Assembly: GCA_965222115.1 (NCBI GenBank)
Contig: CBDCTJ010000007.1
Span: 1,504,001 to 1,568,000, forward strand
DNA from: Planctomycetota bacterium
GTDB lineage: Bacteria; Planctomycetota; PLA2; JAEUHO01
Reading direction: 5' to 3'
DNA length: 64,000 bases
The notes below the pieces were generated by a model, which saw only the letters and a program-made list of their open reading frames with translations, made no database searches and was not told the DNA's origin. Numbering within the stretch: the first letter of the stretch is position 1; every line of letters begins with the position of its first letter. This document shows positions 54,941 to 64,000 of this stretch, piece after piece. Both the position numbers and the translations under genes were made by a program.

Positions 54941-55318
54941 TCAATCGTCGTCTTCATTCTGGTAAGCCGCCAATCCTCGAACGGCGCAGGCAGTCATCCA
55001 GCTGACGACGATGGCGGCGGTAGCCATGAGCGCGTAAAATATCCACTCAATGGCGATGAGCGAATGAGACGTATCGCGATCCAGTAATGAACATACAACG
55101 GGCAATGCGATGTGGCCAAGGGCATACCAGAAACCGAAGCTGTGGATTCGACGGGTGAAGAAAACGAACATGGCGGCCACTGCGACCGAGACGCCGAGTA
55201 CGACACCGAAACCGTACTCCATCATCAAACTAGGGACACGAAAGAAGTCCCATTCTCGTGGCCCAATGGCGAGCCACGCAAACCCCATCGGTAGCATGTA
55301 GGCAGCAATCGAACTCAT
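54941..55318 (-). CDS. Small hypothetical membrane protein
   Basis: 125-aa ORF with several hydrophobic segments, filling the gap upstream of hemL. Confidence 0.5.
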   Translation of the reverse strand: MSSIAAYMLPMGFAWLAIGPREWDFFRVPSLMMEYGFGVVLGVSVAVAAMFVFFTRRIHSFGFWYALGHIALPVVCSLLDRDTSHSLIAIEWIFYALMATAAIVVSWMTACAVRGLAAYQNEDDD

Positions 55319-55463
55319 GAGTCCGAGAAGTGCGTCGGTGGCGGCATTGCGCGGTGCCGATGATGGGTGGTGAGTGATCTCTGGCTCCCATAAATTCCTT
55401 GAGTGATTTCTGGCGCACGGGCGAACGAACTACGCGCAATTATCAACTAGGACGATCACGCGC

Positions 55464-56867
55464 CTATCGGCCGAGCATTTGCCAAACGGGCCCGCCAACG
55501 ACGACTTCCTTGAATCCATGAATGCCCTTGTGCCTTTTCGCTTCGAGGTCACTCTCGGGAATATGGAGCGTAACGCCAATGGCCTTATTCGGCATAAGCG
55601 TCTTTAGGTGTTGCTCATTGACGCGTCGAGCAAGAAACACTTTTGAAAACGGCGCTCGGTTCATCGTAGGAATTGGCTGAGATGAGCCGGCGAGAAACAC
55701 GGTTGCGTGGCTCTTGACGGTGATATCGCCCTCGACATCGCCATATAGAATGACAACCCCTTGCGAGCCGATCGTGACGGTGCCGTAGATATTGCCCTCC
55801 ACGACGAGTGTCGAGTGATGATTAATGTGTGCCGCTCCCAACAAATCCCCTGTGATGTACAATGTGCTGTGATTCCCCAGCTTGATCGTTGTTTCTTGTT
55901 CAACATCGGCGAGTACGGTGATGCCACTGTGCGAGTTGGCTTCCGTCGAAAATCGAGGCGGCTTGCGAAAAGCAATCGACTTCTGCGATGTGAGACGGAT
56001 GGGCACAGGTAGCTCGTCTGCCAACAACGCAGTTCGATTCATCGTAGTTGCTGCAAGAGTCGAAAATGCGCTCAATAGTTTCGATTTCGTCAAGGTGGTC
56101 ACATCCCTGAAATGCCCACCTACTTCAGTCGCCGGAGATATGTATTCCAACTTGGGAAAAATCGGCGTTGGAACAGCAGCCCCTTGCTTCGTCTCCATGG
56201 CCTCGACGTGTATCGTGCGATCGATGACTACAGGATGGGATGAAACGGCAATCGCTCGCAATCGGTAGACGCGCCCCGATGTAGACTGTGCGAAACCGAC
56301 TCCCGTGCCGTAATGATTGGACTTAAGATAGATGCGCACCTGTTGCTCGCGCAGATTCTGGGGGGCATCGCTTAGCTGATCGATGATGGGCGACACGTCC
56401 ATGATCTGGATTTGTGGCGCAATCGAGGGCAGCCTTTGATTCGCGCCGCCGTGGTGCGTTCCAAGCATGCCACCATGTCCGCTCCAAATCTCGTTCACTA
56501 CGACGTCGGCCATGTCCTGTTGATCACGCGTAACCACACGCATCCGATCGAGGTCGATGCCCTGACCCGCCCTGAGAATGAACTCGCCCGGAGGGAGATC
56601 TGCAGGCTGTGGGGCGATGTGATTGCTGCCTTGGTCTGGGGGGCGCTTCGAGGAGGCATTCGGTGCAGTCGTACCGCTCTTAAGGGCTTTCTGCTCGATG
56701 GCCGGGCCATGCAGTTGCGGTTGTTCTTCGATTGCGGGTTCCGAAGTCGAGGCCTTAGCTTTGGGAACGGATTGATCATGTGTATGGGCAGGAGAATCGT
56801 CGAGCAGCGCGGTGACACCCCATGCCGCCAGCACGCCGAAGAGGACGCCTAATAGAAATCTGCCCAT
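55464..56867 (-). CDS. Membrane-anchored hypothetical protein with C-terminal beta-helix-like repeats
   Basis: N-terminal TM (MGRFLLGVLFG...), Pro-rich linker, roughly 17-aa repeats (TLYITGDLLG / TLVVEGNIYG / VILYGDVEG). Confidence 0.6.
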   Translation of the reverse strand: MGRFLLGVLFGVLAAWGVTALLDDSPAHTHDQSVPKAKASTSEPAIEEQPQLHGPAIEQKALKSGTTAPNASSKRPPDQGSNHIAPQPADLPPGEFILRAGQGIDLDRMRVVTRDQQDMADVVVNEIWSGHGGMLGTHHGGANQRLPSIAPQIQIMDVSPIIDQLSDAPQNLREQQVRIYLKSNHYGTGVGFAQSTSGRVYRLRAIAVSSHPVVIDRTIHVEAMETKQGAAVPTPIFPKLEYISPATEVGGHFRDVTTLTKSKLLSAFSTLAATTMNRTALLADELPVPIRLTSQKSIAFRKPPRFSTEANSHSGITVLADVEQETTIKLGNHSTLYITGDLLGAAHINHHSTLVVEGNIYGTVTIGSQGVVILYGDVEGDITVKSHATVFLAGSSQPIPTMNRAPFSKVFLARRVNEQHLKTLMPNKAIGVTLHIPESDLEAKRHKGIHGFKEVVVGGPVWQMLGR

Positions 56868-56922
56868 CGCACTACTATAGACGACGGCTGTGCGCGCGCC
56901 ATTCCGGCCGTAAATTGAGGGC

Positions 56923-57615
56923 ATGTGCGGACGATTCACCAAACACCTGACCCATGAGGAGCGCGCGCTTCTTGATGACCTCGATTGGAGCGAGATCAAA
57001 CTCGTCTTCAAGGGCTTTGACGCCTTCGTAAAAAAGAATCCTCGCTACAACATCGCGCCCATGCAGCAAGCCTCGATGTTGCGCTTGCGTAACGGAGCGC
57101 CCGAGATTGTTTCCGCACGTTGGAGCCTCTTGCCGTCGTGGGCGAAGGAACCGAAACTCAAGTTCTCGACGTTCAACGCGCGATCAGAGACGGCTGCGGA
57201 GAAGCCTGTCTTTCGTTCGGCCTTCAAGCGCCGTCGCTGCGTGATTCCTATCGACGGGTTCTACGAATGGACGGGGCCCAAGGGTGATCGCACGCCGCAT
57301 CACATCTTTCGAACGGATGGCGACGAGTTGTACATGGCAGGGCTCTGGGAGCTGTGGGAACACGACGATCATGAGCCGATCCTCTCGTTCACCGTACTCA
57401 CCTGTCCCGCCAATACGTTCATGGCCAACCTGCATAAGCGTATGCCCGTTATCCTTGAGCCCCACGAGATTCAGTCGTGGCTCGACCCGGACAACACAAA
57501 CAAGGAGGCGCTCAAAGCGTTTCTGGATCCGTGCCCCGAAAGAACACTCAGTGCCCACATGGTCTCGCGCTATGTGAGCAACTCCCGCAATGAAGGCTCA
57601 AAGTGTTTGGAGTAG
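56923..57615 (+). CDS. SOS response-associated peptidase (SRAP/YedK/HMCES family)
   Basis: N-terminal MCGRF, RYNIAP, FNARSET, GFYEW, AGLW, HKRMPVIL. Confidence 0.95.
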   Translation: MCGRFTKHLTHEERALLDDLDWSEIKLVFKGFDAFVKKNPRYNIAPMQQASMLRLRNGAPEIVSARWSLLPSWAKEPKLKFSTFNARSETAAEKPVFRSAFKRRRCVIPIDGFYEWTGPKGDRTPHHIFRTDGDELYMAGLWELWEHDDHEPILSFTVLTCPANTFMANLHKRMPVILEPHEIQSWLDPDNTNKEALKAFLDPCPERTLSAHMVSRYVSNSRNEGSKCLE

Positions 57616-58097
57616 AACGCGTGGCTCCGAATGCGTGGAACCGCGTGCGCGCGGTTCGACTTCGCGCCCTCGCCGATTCTCCGAAGGCATTCGGCACATT
57701 GCTTTCGGAAGATGAAGCACGTCCACTGCCGGAGTGGCGAGCGCGGCTTGAGAATCCGAATGGCGCAACGTTCTTGGCGCACACGGAAGAAGACGACATT
57801 GGCATTGTGACGATCATCGTCCATCCCGAGGACCACGAGTGCGGCCTGTTGTGTTCCATGTGGGTGGCGCCGGCAGTGCGCCGGTCGGGGCTCGGTGCGG
57901 CTTTGATTGACGCTGCGGTGGATTGGGCTCGCGGCAAGAGACTCGCGCGCGTTGTTCTAGGCGTTGGGGACTACAACCGACCAGCCATTGCGCTCTACGA
58001 AAAAATGGGCTTTGTGCCCAACGGCGTCCTCAGTACGCTTCCATCGCCCCGCGAGCACATCACGGAGCATGAGCGTGAGTTGCGGCTGAAGGACTGA
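57603..58097 (+). CDS. GNAT-family N-acetyltransferase
   Basis: RLRALADSP.AF, SMWVAP..RRSGLG, N.PAIALYEKMGF. Confidence 0.9.
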   Translation: MFGVERVAPNAWNRVRAVRLRALADSPKAFGTLLSEDEARPLPEWRARLENPNGATFLAHTEEDDIGIVTIIVHPEDHECGLLCSMWVAPAVRRSGLGAALIDAAVDWARGKRLARVVLGVGDYNRPAIALYEKMGFVPNGVLSTLPSPREHITEHERELRLKD

Positions 58098-58296
58098 GGC
58101 ATTGGCGCGCATCCAAGAGTCCGCGTCTGCGTGCCTCTCGATAGATCGAGTGTGCAAGACTGTTAGACATGAGCGCTTTGTGGATTAGATGCGCCGCAAG
58201 CTTGGAGTATTCTCGACGTAAAATGGGATGCCCGGAACTGGCAAATTTGTAGTTATTCGATTGCTATCGCCGTTGGCGCTCAATGACACTGTCAAC

Positions 58297-58402
58297 GATC
58301 CCGGAGGGATCACGGGTCAATAGCCCAGGGTGTAGCGCAAGCGTAGCGGCGCGGAACCCTGGGTTCACGTTCCCTCCCAATCATCCCGCCCTGTATGGGC
58401 GG
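58297..58402. repeat. REP-like palindromic cluster
   Basis: gatccc-gga-gggatc (58297-58311), agcccagggt...aaccctgggtt (58322-58365), ccgccc-tgtat-gggcgg (58386-58402). Confidence 0.55.
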
Positions 58403-58539
58403 CGGAGACGTGCACGCATTCCCGGTACCTCACGTAGAACCAAAATCGTACGGCGCGAGCATTGTTGACTGTTCGTTCCACGCATCTTGGCACGGGACAT
58501 AGGTCACGAAGTTGGTGGGAACAAGCGCGGCACGGTATC

Positions 58540-58788
58540 ATGGGGACAGAGATGATGAGTGACGCCTGCCCCAATCTGAAATACAAGCATGTCTATGTAG
58601 TAGTCCGAGTAGACATGGAGATGCTCCTTGTTGCAGAGGGCGATCTAGAGCGACAGCGTATTGAAGATTCCGTCGTAGTAACTCGAGTATTCGAAGACTG
58701 GAACCTTGCGGTTGCGGAGGCCGATCGATTGAACGAACTCAATGGTGCCAAGGGCTGTGTGTACTTTGCGCGGGTCGGGCGCCTATGA
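58540..58788 (+). CDS. Small hypothetical protein
   Basis: Protein-like composition (HVYVVVRVD...AVAEADRLNELNG..YF); lies between repeat elements. Confidence 0.55.
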   Translation: MGTEMMSDACPNLKYKHVYVVVRVDMEMLLVAEGDLERQRIEDSVVVTRVFEDWNLAVAEADRLNELNGAKGCVYFARVGRL

Positions 58789-58803
58789 GAGATACGGAGT
58801 CAA

Positions 58804-59146
58804 GATGCGGAGTCGGGACCAAATTCACACCTTTCTTGTCTTTCAAACGGGCCATGTACGAATCGTTAACAACACGTAAGCAGTAGGTGGATTGTTCAGT
58901 CGAAAAGGTGGCGCTGGAGGGGCATCGTACATGAGAGATCGCGTGACGCTGCGTAGACTTGTCTAAATGAGTTGCCAACATGCCTCGTAACGGCGGCTTC
59001 GAGCCGACTGCGTCAGACCGCGCGCTCGCTCGATGGGCGTCGGCAAAGTGCTTGGCTTAAAGTCGGACGCGAGGGCATCAGCGCACGAATCTGAGCACAA
59101 CAAGTTGCAGCACCAAATAGTGTGAATTTGGTCCTGGCACCGTATC
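58804..59146. repeat. 27-bp imperfect inverted-repeat pair bounding a 343-bp non-coding segment
   Basis: 58804-58830 gatgcggagtcgggaccaaattcacac versus 59120-59146 gtgtgaatttggtcctggcaccgtatc (23/27 match to the reverse complement; inner 15 bp perfect). Confidence 0.75.
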
Positions 59147-59207
59147 CTCACTGAACTAGCGGTGAGGTTGGTCGTGAAAGCCCCAGCCGGGTGCGTCTAT
59201 GAAGACA

Positions 59208-60386
59208 CTACCGGTCAAGCGCATCCGTCTGTTCTCGAATCAAGCGACGAATAGCCTGCTGATCTTGGTAGTTCTGTAGTGCAGCGCCCGGGGCGGTGAA
59301 TGCCGGGAAAATCGGCGTGATAAGGGATGGCGAGCCCGAGAAACCGTGATCCGCGCCGAGAGATACTCCCCCGAGCTTTAGTTCCGCAGTTTTGTTCATT
59401 GCAGTCATGCTGAACTGTTCGCGAGACACGAGCTTCTCGAACGCGGCCGGATACAGCACTGTGAGTCTGTCGACCTTGGCGTTGATCGCTAGACCTTCTG
59501 TTTTGGCGACTGGGATCGTCAGCGGAAGATCGCCGACAACGATGTGCATGTGCCCATCCTGGTTCGGAATGCCCGCGTTGTTGGGCGTCACGAATGTAAC
59601 TGTTCCGTGATAATGATGTCCGTTGTGTGGTTGCTCGCCTAAGGGAAATGAGACACTGGCGACGCGGACCATGAGTTTGGGCTTTGGCTTCGGAGACTCC
59701 CGATATCCAACGGTTTGGAGAGCGAGTTTGCGGAACGCGGCTAAGACCGTCGCATTGCCAGCTGGCACGTAGAACCACCACGCGCCGTAGCGCTTGCATA
59801 CGATTGCAGCTCCTGGACCCGGATGCACGCTGGAACGAACCACTGAATTCGGGACCTTTAGGTAATCCAGATATGCTTTGTAAACGTCCTTCGCATAGGG
59901 GGTGTCATTGACGACTGGGTCCGCAAGGATTTTCAGCTTGCTCGAAGTTTCGCCTGCGAGGCCAGCGGATGGATTGAATTTTTCAACTAGCGTGCGGCCT
60001 GCTTGGTAAGCAGTTGCAGTCGTCAACGAGTTCTCTGTCACTGTTGAGTCGTCGGCGGTTCCATCTTTATCAGTCATCACCGTCTTGCTTACGCCGGTTT
60101 GTGTCGTGGAGGGGCCTGGCCCGGATGTCCGCTCCCGCGCCCACGTGCTTCCTGCAGTTCCGCCTACGGTGTCTGTTGTGTCTGCGGAGACTTCCGTGTA
60201 GTCCACATGCACGATCGGGAGCCCGTTGTAGAGCCGAACCACGTTGTCGAACACTTGATGGGAATGCAGTTGCGTTATGGTGTTCCTGGCACCTGCATGG
60301 TCGTAGTGAACTCGCTTGACGGTTTGGCAAGCAAACAAGAAAGGCAACATGAAGCAAGCAGTTACGGGAAGAAGTCCTCGTCTCAT
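59208..60386 (-). CDS. Hypothetical lipoprotein
   Basis: MRRGLL...FLFACQ lipobox-like signal; AGGAGG RBS; long ORF with Thr-rich segment. Confidence 0.7.
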   Translation of the reverse strand: MRRGLLPVTACFMLPFLFACQTVKRVHYDHAGARNTITQLHSHQVFDNVVRLYNGLPIVHVDYTEVSADTTDTVGGTAGSTWARERTSGPGPSTTQTGVSKTVMTDKDGTADDSTVTENSLTTATAYQAGRTLVEKFNPSAGLAGETSSKLKILADPVVNDTPYAKDVYKAYLDYLKVPNSVVRSSVHPGPGAAIVCKRYGAWWFYVPAGNATVLAAFRKLALQTVGYRESPKPKPKLMVRVASVSFPLGEQPHNGHHYHGTVTFVTPNNAGIPNQDGHMHIVVGDLPLTIPVAKTEGLAINAKVDRLTVLYPAAFEKLVSREQFSMTAMNKTAELKLGGVSLGADHGFSGSPSLITPIFPAFTAPGAALQNYQDQQAIRRLIREQTDALDR

Positions 60387-60435
60387 CTCCGTCCTCCTCA
60401 AGACACGCGAGAGGCTATGGGCCTCAGGTGCGCGG

Positions 60436-60678
60436 TCAAGTAATTGCACAGGTGGTAGAGATTTGGTACGGGTCTCGATCGCCTTTGAGACTCAAGAGGA
60501 AGGCGAGTAAATGCCTAAGCAGCCGGCGTCGAGGCGTAAGTCGCGTGGAGTTGACGTTGTTGTCGGGCACTGTGAACACCTTGACCAATTCACCGAGTAG
60601 CTCCTCGGGCGCAATTGTTTCGTCGCCGAGCCATTCACTCTCCGTGCGTACCGCGTCGCAGATGAAGAAGCCTGCCAT
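60436..60678 (-). CDS. Possible small hypothetical protein
   Basis: 80-aa ORF preceded by GAGGA; no recognisable motif. Confidence 0.3.
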   Translation of the reverse strand: MAGFFICDAVRTESEWLGDETIAPEELLGELVKVFTVPDNNVNSTRLTPRRRLLRHLLAFLLSLKGDRDPYQISTTCAIT

Positions 60679-61358
60679 GGCGTGTCCTCAAGACGACAGC
60701 CCATAGCTTCCCCCGCCAACACACGCCCCGGGACAGAACTAGGCGTCGTCGAAGGCAGCTCCTCAGCTGAAGATAGAAGAGTCATCGAGCCGGATAGTTG
60801 AGCGATTCCGAGAATTGTTGGCGGACGTCGCGCATGAATTACGAGATACTTAAAGGCATTTTTGATTTTCGAACACATTGTTGCAATAAGCGTCCGTGAT
60901 TACCGACAGAATAACCAAGATAAGAGAGAGCAAGGGTTCGCCTTCAATGCATTGAATTCGGCTAGTAGGCGCCTTGTTCAAGGAGCTATTGGCGACTCGC
61001 CAATCTCCGCTTGATTTGATTGGCTGTGTCACGCATGCGTATCTCCCACGTCACGATGTACGTGGCAAGAGTTGTGCACATCAAGATCGACTTTCGCAGG
61101 GAAACGCGGATAGCGTGCGGGTGCGCGGCCTACGGAGAGCTACGAAGAAGATCTCGAATCGCGTAAGAGCAACAATCTTTGCATAACTTTCGCCGTGGAA
61201 TTTCGCGCCACTCGAAACTCTCATCCTTACCGTCGATCTTGCGCAATCGAGAAGCACGCGCAAAGCGCCGTGTTCCTCCGGTAGCGCGAAACGCACACAT
61301 GCGGGGGGTGCATCCACGCCGATTGTGGACCGGATGGCTTCCTCGGATTGGGGGCAAC

Positions 61359-62582
61359 ATGGCCAGAATAGGGAACAGCGAGCCAAAACGGGGCCGCGAA
61401 GTCGGCGATAGCTCGCGGATTCGCTTAGATCGTGCGCAGAAGGTGAGACGCGCCGCACCTGTCGTCGGTGTGATGATCGTCGCATTCCTAGCTGCTGTGA
61501 TCACGGCAGCACCATCGAAATTTGAGAAGGACGTCTCGTTGCTGGCGAGCATCGATCCCGCCAAGCGACAAGCAGCAAGCGATCGACTCGGCAAGGGTGA
61601 CGCATCTCAAGTTACGAAGCTCTTAAACGAGCTGGATAAGAACCACTCTTCTGTTACTCGCGCCGGATTGGTTCGATCTGTATCGAAGCTGCCGGTCGAT
61701 GGTTCGCACGCGCGTCTAATCTCCGATTTGTTTGAACACGAAGATCCAAGCGCGCGAGCAAGCGCCGCCGAAGTGTTGCAGAGATCAACGGCTGCTCGTG
61801 ACAAGGTGCTGGAGAAGCTCTTGGGCGTAGCCACGAATTCGGAAGAACTGACTGGAGTAAGAACGACGGCGATTCGCGCACTTCGCGGCGCAGGCGGCAA
61901 AGCTGCGACAACTTTGGAGTCGTTGGCCGCTAGTGAATCATCCACATTGCGAAAGGCGGCGATCTCTTCTCTTGGTTTCGTTCCGACCACCGGACCATCC
62001 AAGTTGGCAGGTATTGCGACTGACGAAGGGCGTGAGCGCAAGGACAGAGAGCTTGCGATGCGTTCCCTCGGACTCGTTTCGGGATCGAATGCTTCATCGG
62101 CGTCTAGTCAGCTCAAGACCCTGGTGAAGAATTCGTCCGGATTTGTTCGTGAACACGCAACCGTTGCGTTGTCTGCCAGGGCGGAAAGTGGGAATACTAC
62201 GACGTTTGCCACTCTTATGAAGGACAAGGATGCACGTGTTCGCTTAGAGGCACTTCGCGCGATTATCGATGCCAAGGCCGTCTCAGCTCAGAAGGGGACG
62301 ATCAAGACGCTCTTGTCAGACTCAGATGTCCGCGTGCAAGTGCTTGCGTGTCGGTGTGCGGCATCGAGCAAGCCCTGGCCGCTGGTCGAAGTTCGCAGCA
62401 CATTGATCTCGCTTCTCTCTTCATCGACGTTTCAAGTTCGCCACAAGGCTGCCATGGCGCTCGCCGCCTATGGTGACAAGGGTGGTCTCTCCCAAATGAA
62501 TACAGACAAGTCCTCCAAGAACAAGATCGTCGCGGCTGAGGCCAAGGCGGCATACGACATCATCAATCAGCTTGGCAAGTAG
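61359..62582 (+). CDS. HEAT/PBS-lyase-like repeat protein, probably exported
   Basis: Repeated D..VR..A..AL units (VRTTAIRAL, LRKAAISSL, VREHATVAL, VRLEALRAI, VRHKAAMAL); hydrophobic N-terminal segment. Start uncertain. Confidence 0.8.
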   Translation: MARIGNSEPKRGREVGDSSRIRLDRAQKVRRAAPVVGVMIVAFLAAVITAAPSKFEKDVSLLASIDPAKRQAASDRLGKGDASQVTKLLNELDKNHSSVTRAGLVRSVSKLPVDGSHARLISDLFEHEDPSARASAAEVLQRSTAARDKVLEKLLGVATNSEELTGVRTTAIRALRGAGGKAATTLESLAASESSTLRKAAISSLGFVPTTGPSKLAGIATDEGRERKDRELAMRSLGLVSGSNASSASSQLKTLVKNSSGFVREHATVALSARAESGNTTTFATLMKDKDARVRLEALRAIIDAKAVSAQKGTIKTLLSDSDVRVQVLACRCAASSKPWPLVEVRSTLISLLSSSTFQVRHKAAMALAAYGDKGGLSQMNTDKSSKNKIVAAEAKAAYDIINQLGK

Positions 62583-62611
62583 CATCGGAATCGGCAACGG
62601 GGAGTATTGAT

Positions 62612-64000
62612 ATGGCTCGCAAGCAAGAAGCGAAGAACGCAAAGACTCTAGGTCGCCAAGATTACGCGCGACCGTTTGTTCAACGTCCGTTGGGGTTGCT
62701 CCTGGTCGGCGTTTGTACCTACCTGGCTTCGATCGCAATGCTCTCTGGAGTACTGCGTCCTGATGCTGACGCTGCTCCTCCGCCCATGATCCCTTTGGGG
62801 GCGAATCTAAAAGACACTGCGATCACGTCGGACACACAAAGCAGTCTCAAGATGGGGTATGCCGTTGACCCTGGTGCAGGAGGCGTGCACGAGTTTGACC
62901 TCAGCTCTTCCTTGCCAACAAAGTTCATCGACTTGGGGCCTCCCAACCAAAATACGATCTCAAAGGTCGATATGAACGACACCACCGGCGAGCTTGCCAT
63001 GGGCAATGCAAACGGCGACGTGATGCGGATTGACCCATCTTCGAGCACCGTTACCACAGTAGCCACAATCTCAGGCGACGCGAAGGTCCTCATGGCGGAT
63101 GAGAGTTCTCCTAGCACCGAGGCCTGGGCAACTGACGGCGCCACGAGTCAGTTGATGGAAATCAAGACTTCCGGAGCGACCTACGGTCAGGGCATGATGT
63201 CATTTCCCAATGGACCATTTGAGATGTCGGGAAAGCCTAGTCAGCCAGATTCAAACGTTTTCGCATTGGGGAAGGGGTCGGCAGAGATTGTTCGGTTTGA
63301 CAGCGCGACTCTGACGTTCTATGACGACTCTTACGGTACCGCAGTTGTGAAGCCGACTGGGCTTGCAGTGGGCGATGGAGACTATTGTTACGTGTCGGTT
63401 GAGAACGGAGCAGACAGCGAGCTGCTCCAAGTGGATACACGTGCCGCCACATTTGGATTCGTCACACCGATCTTGCACACGTTCACTGGAACCGCCGCAG
63501 TCGACGTTTCGATTGCCGGACCATGGGTGACTGTACTCCTGGAGGACTCGGGAACGAGCAGCACGGTTGCTCATGTCTTTGATGTTGGAAATCCAGGCAG
63601 CACGCTTGAAGTCGGAACGGTAATGCTTCACGGCGGCCAACTTCCCTATGGTGGACTGACGACCTGGCTCGAAGATGGTGAGAGTTACGACGACTTGAAT
63701 TTTCTCTACTCGGGCGCTACGCAAGATGTCGGGTATGTTCCGGGAACAGAGGTCATGGAGGATTGGAGCTATGGTCCTTCGACCGTAGTCACAACCGCAA
63801 CGAACAAGCCGATCATAACCAACGCGGCTTCCGGTGCGTTTGCGCAAGAGGCGCTGAACTGCACAGACTGCCCGTGCCCTCCCTTTGACGCCGAGGCACA
63901 GGGCATGATCCCCGGACCGACGCCAGATGCGCACGGGAGTACGGAGACTGGCGTATCCAACGCAGCCGCAAGCCCAGGAAGTGTCCAGTACAGCACCGGC
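62612..64000 (+). CDS. Large secreted protein, 3'-truncated by the window edge (beta-propeller-like N-terminus; possible RHS/YD protein)
   Basis: Absent from the ORF track because it has no stop; manual translation from ATG 62612 (GGAG RBS) is open for 463 codons to the end: signal-like segment, beta-rich repeats, CTDCPC, then SPGSVQYSTG. Confidence 0.75.
   Translation, partial: MARKQEAKNAKTLGRQDYARPFVQRPLGLLLVGVCTYLASIAMLSGVLRPDADAAPPPMIPLGANLKDTAITSDTQSSLKMGYAVDPGAGGVHEFDLSSSLPTKFIDLGPPNQNTISKVDMNDTTGELAMGNANGDVMRIDPSSSTVTTVATISGDAKVLMADESSPSTEAWATDGATSQLMEIKTSGATYGQGMMSFPNGPFEMSGKPSQPDSNVFALGKGSAEIVRFDSATLTFYDDSYGTAVVKPTGLAVGDGDYCYVSVENGADSELLQVDTRAATFGFVTPILHTFTGTAAVDVSIAGPWVTVLLEDSGTSSTVAHVFDVGNPGSTLEVGTVMLHGGQLPYGGLTTWLEDGESYDDLNFLYSGATQDVGYVPGTEVMEDWSYGPSTVVTTATNKPIITNAASGAFAQEALNCTDCPCPPFDAEAQGMIPGPTPDAHGSTETGVSNAAASPGSVQYSTG

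Noticed and set aside
60492-61300. Several short overlapping ORFs between the lipoprotein and HEAT genes
   Set aside because: No recognisable motifs or convincing RBS; more likely a divergent regulatory region.

Overview
GC-rich bacterial chromosome segment, most likely from a Planctomycetota lineage (inferred from the LpxC-FabZ fusion, kinase-FGE protein, MoxR/VWA/giant-TPR operon and atypical EF-Ts motif). In order: a lipid A block (skp, lpxC-fabZ, lpxA, Gfo/Idh/MocA oxidoreductase); rpsB-tsf-pyrH-frr; an NLR-like P-loop ATPase with six near-identical 129-bp repeats; assorted signalling, protease and transferase genes; a Phd/ParE-RelE toxin-antitoxin pair bracketed by structured repeats; a Tat-signal pirin; and an approximately 18 kb MoxR operon headed by a probable selenoprotein (C-T-UGA-G). 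Next come a beta-CASP nuclease and a complete convergent heme-biosynthesis cluster. Its first gene fuses ferrochelatase (HemH) to a divergent glutamyl-tRNA reductase (HemA)-like domain and is preceded by a small membrane ORF ending in an RGPP ribosome-arrest-like motif. The window ends in an accessory region with REP-like and inverted repeats, a HEAT-repeat gene and a truncated secreted, possibly RHS-type gene. The best candidates for undescribed biology are the RGPP leader plus HemH-HemA heme module, the selenoprotein-headed MoxR operon and the repeat-shuffled NLR-like protein. No rRNA, tRNA or CRISPR array was seen. All family calls are by motif recognition; no searches were run.
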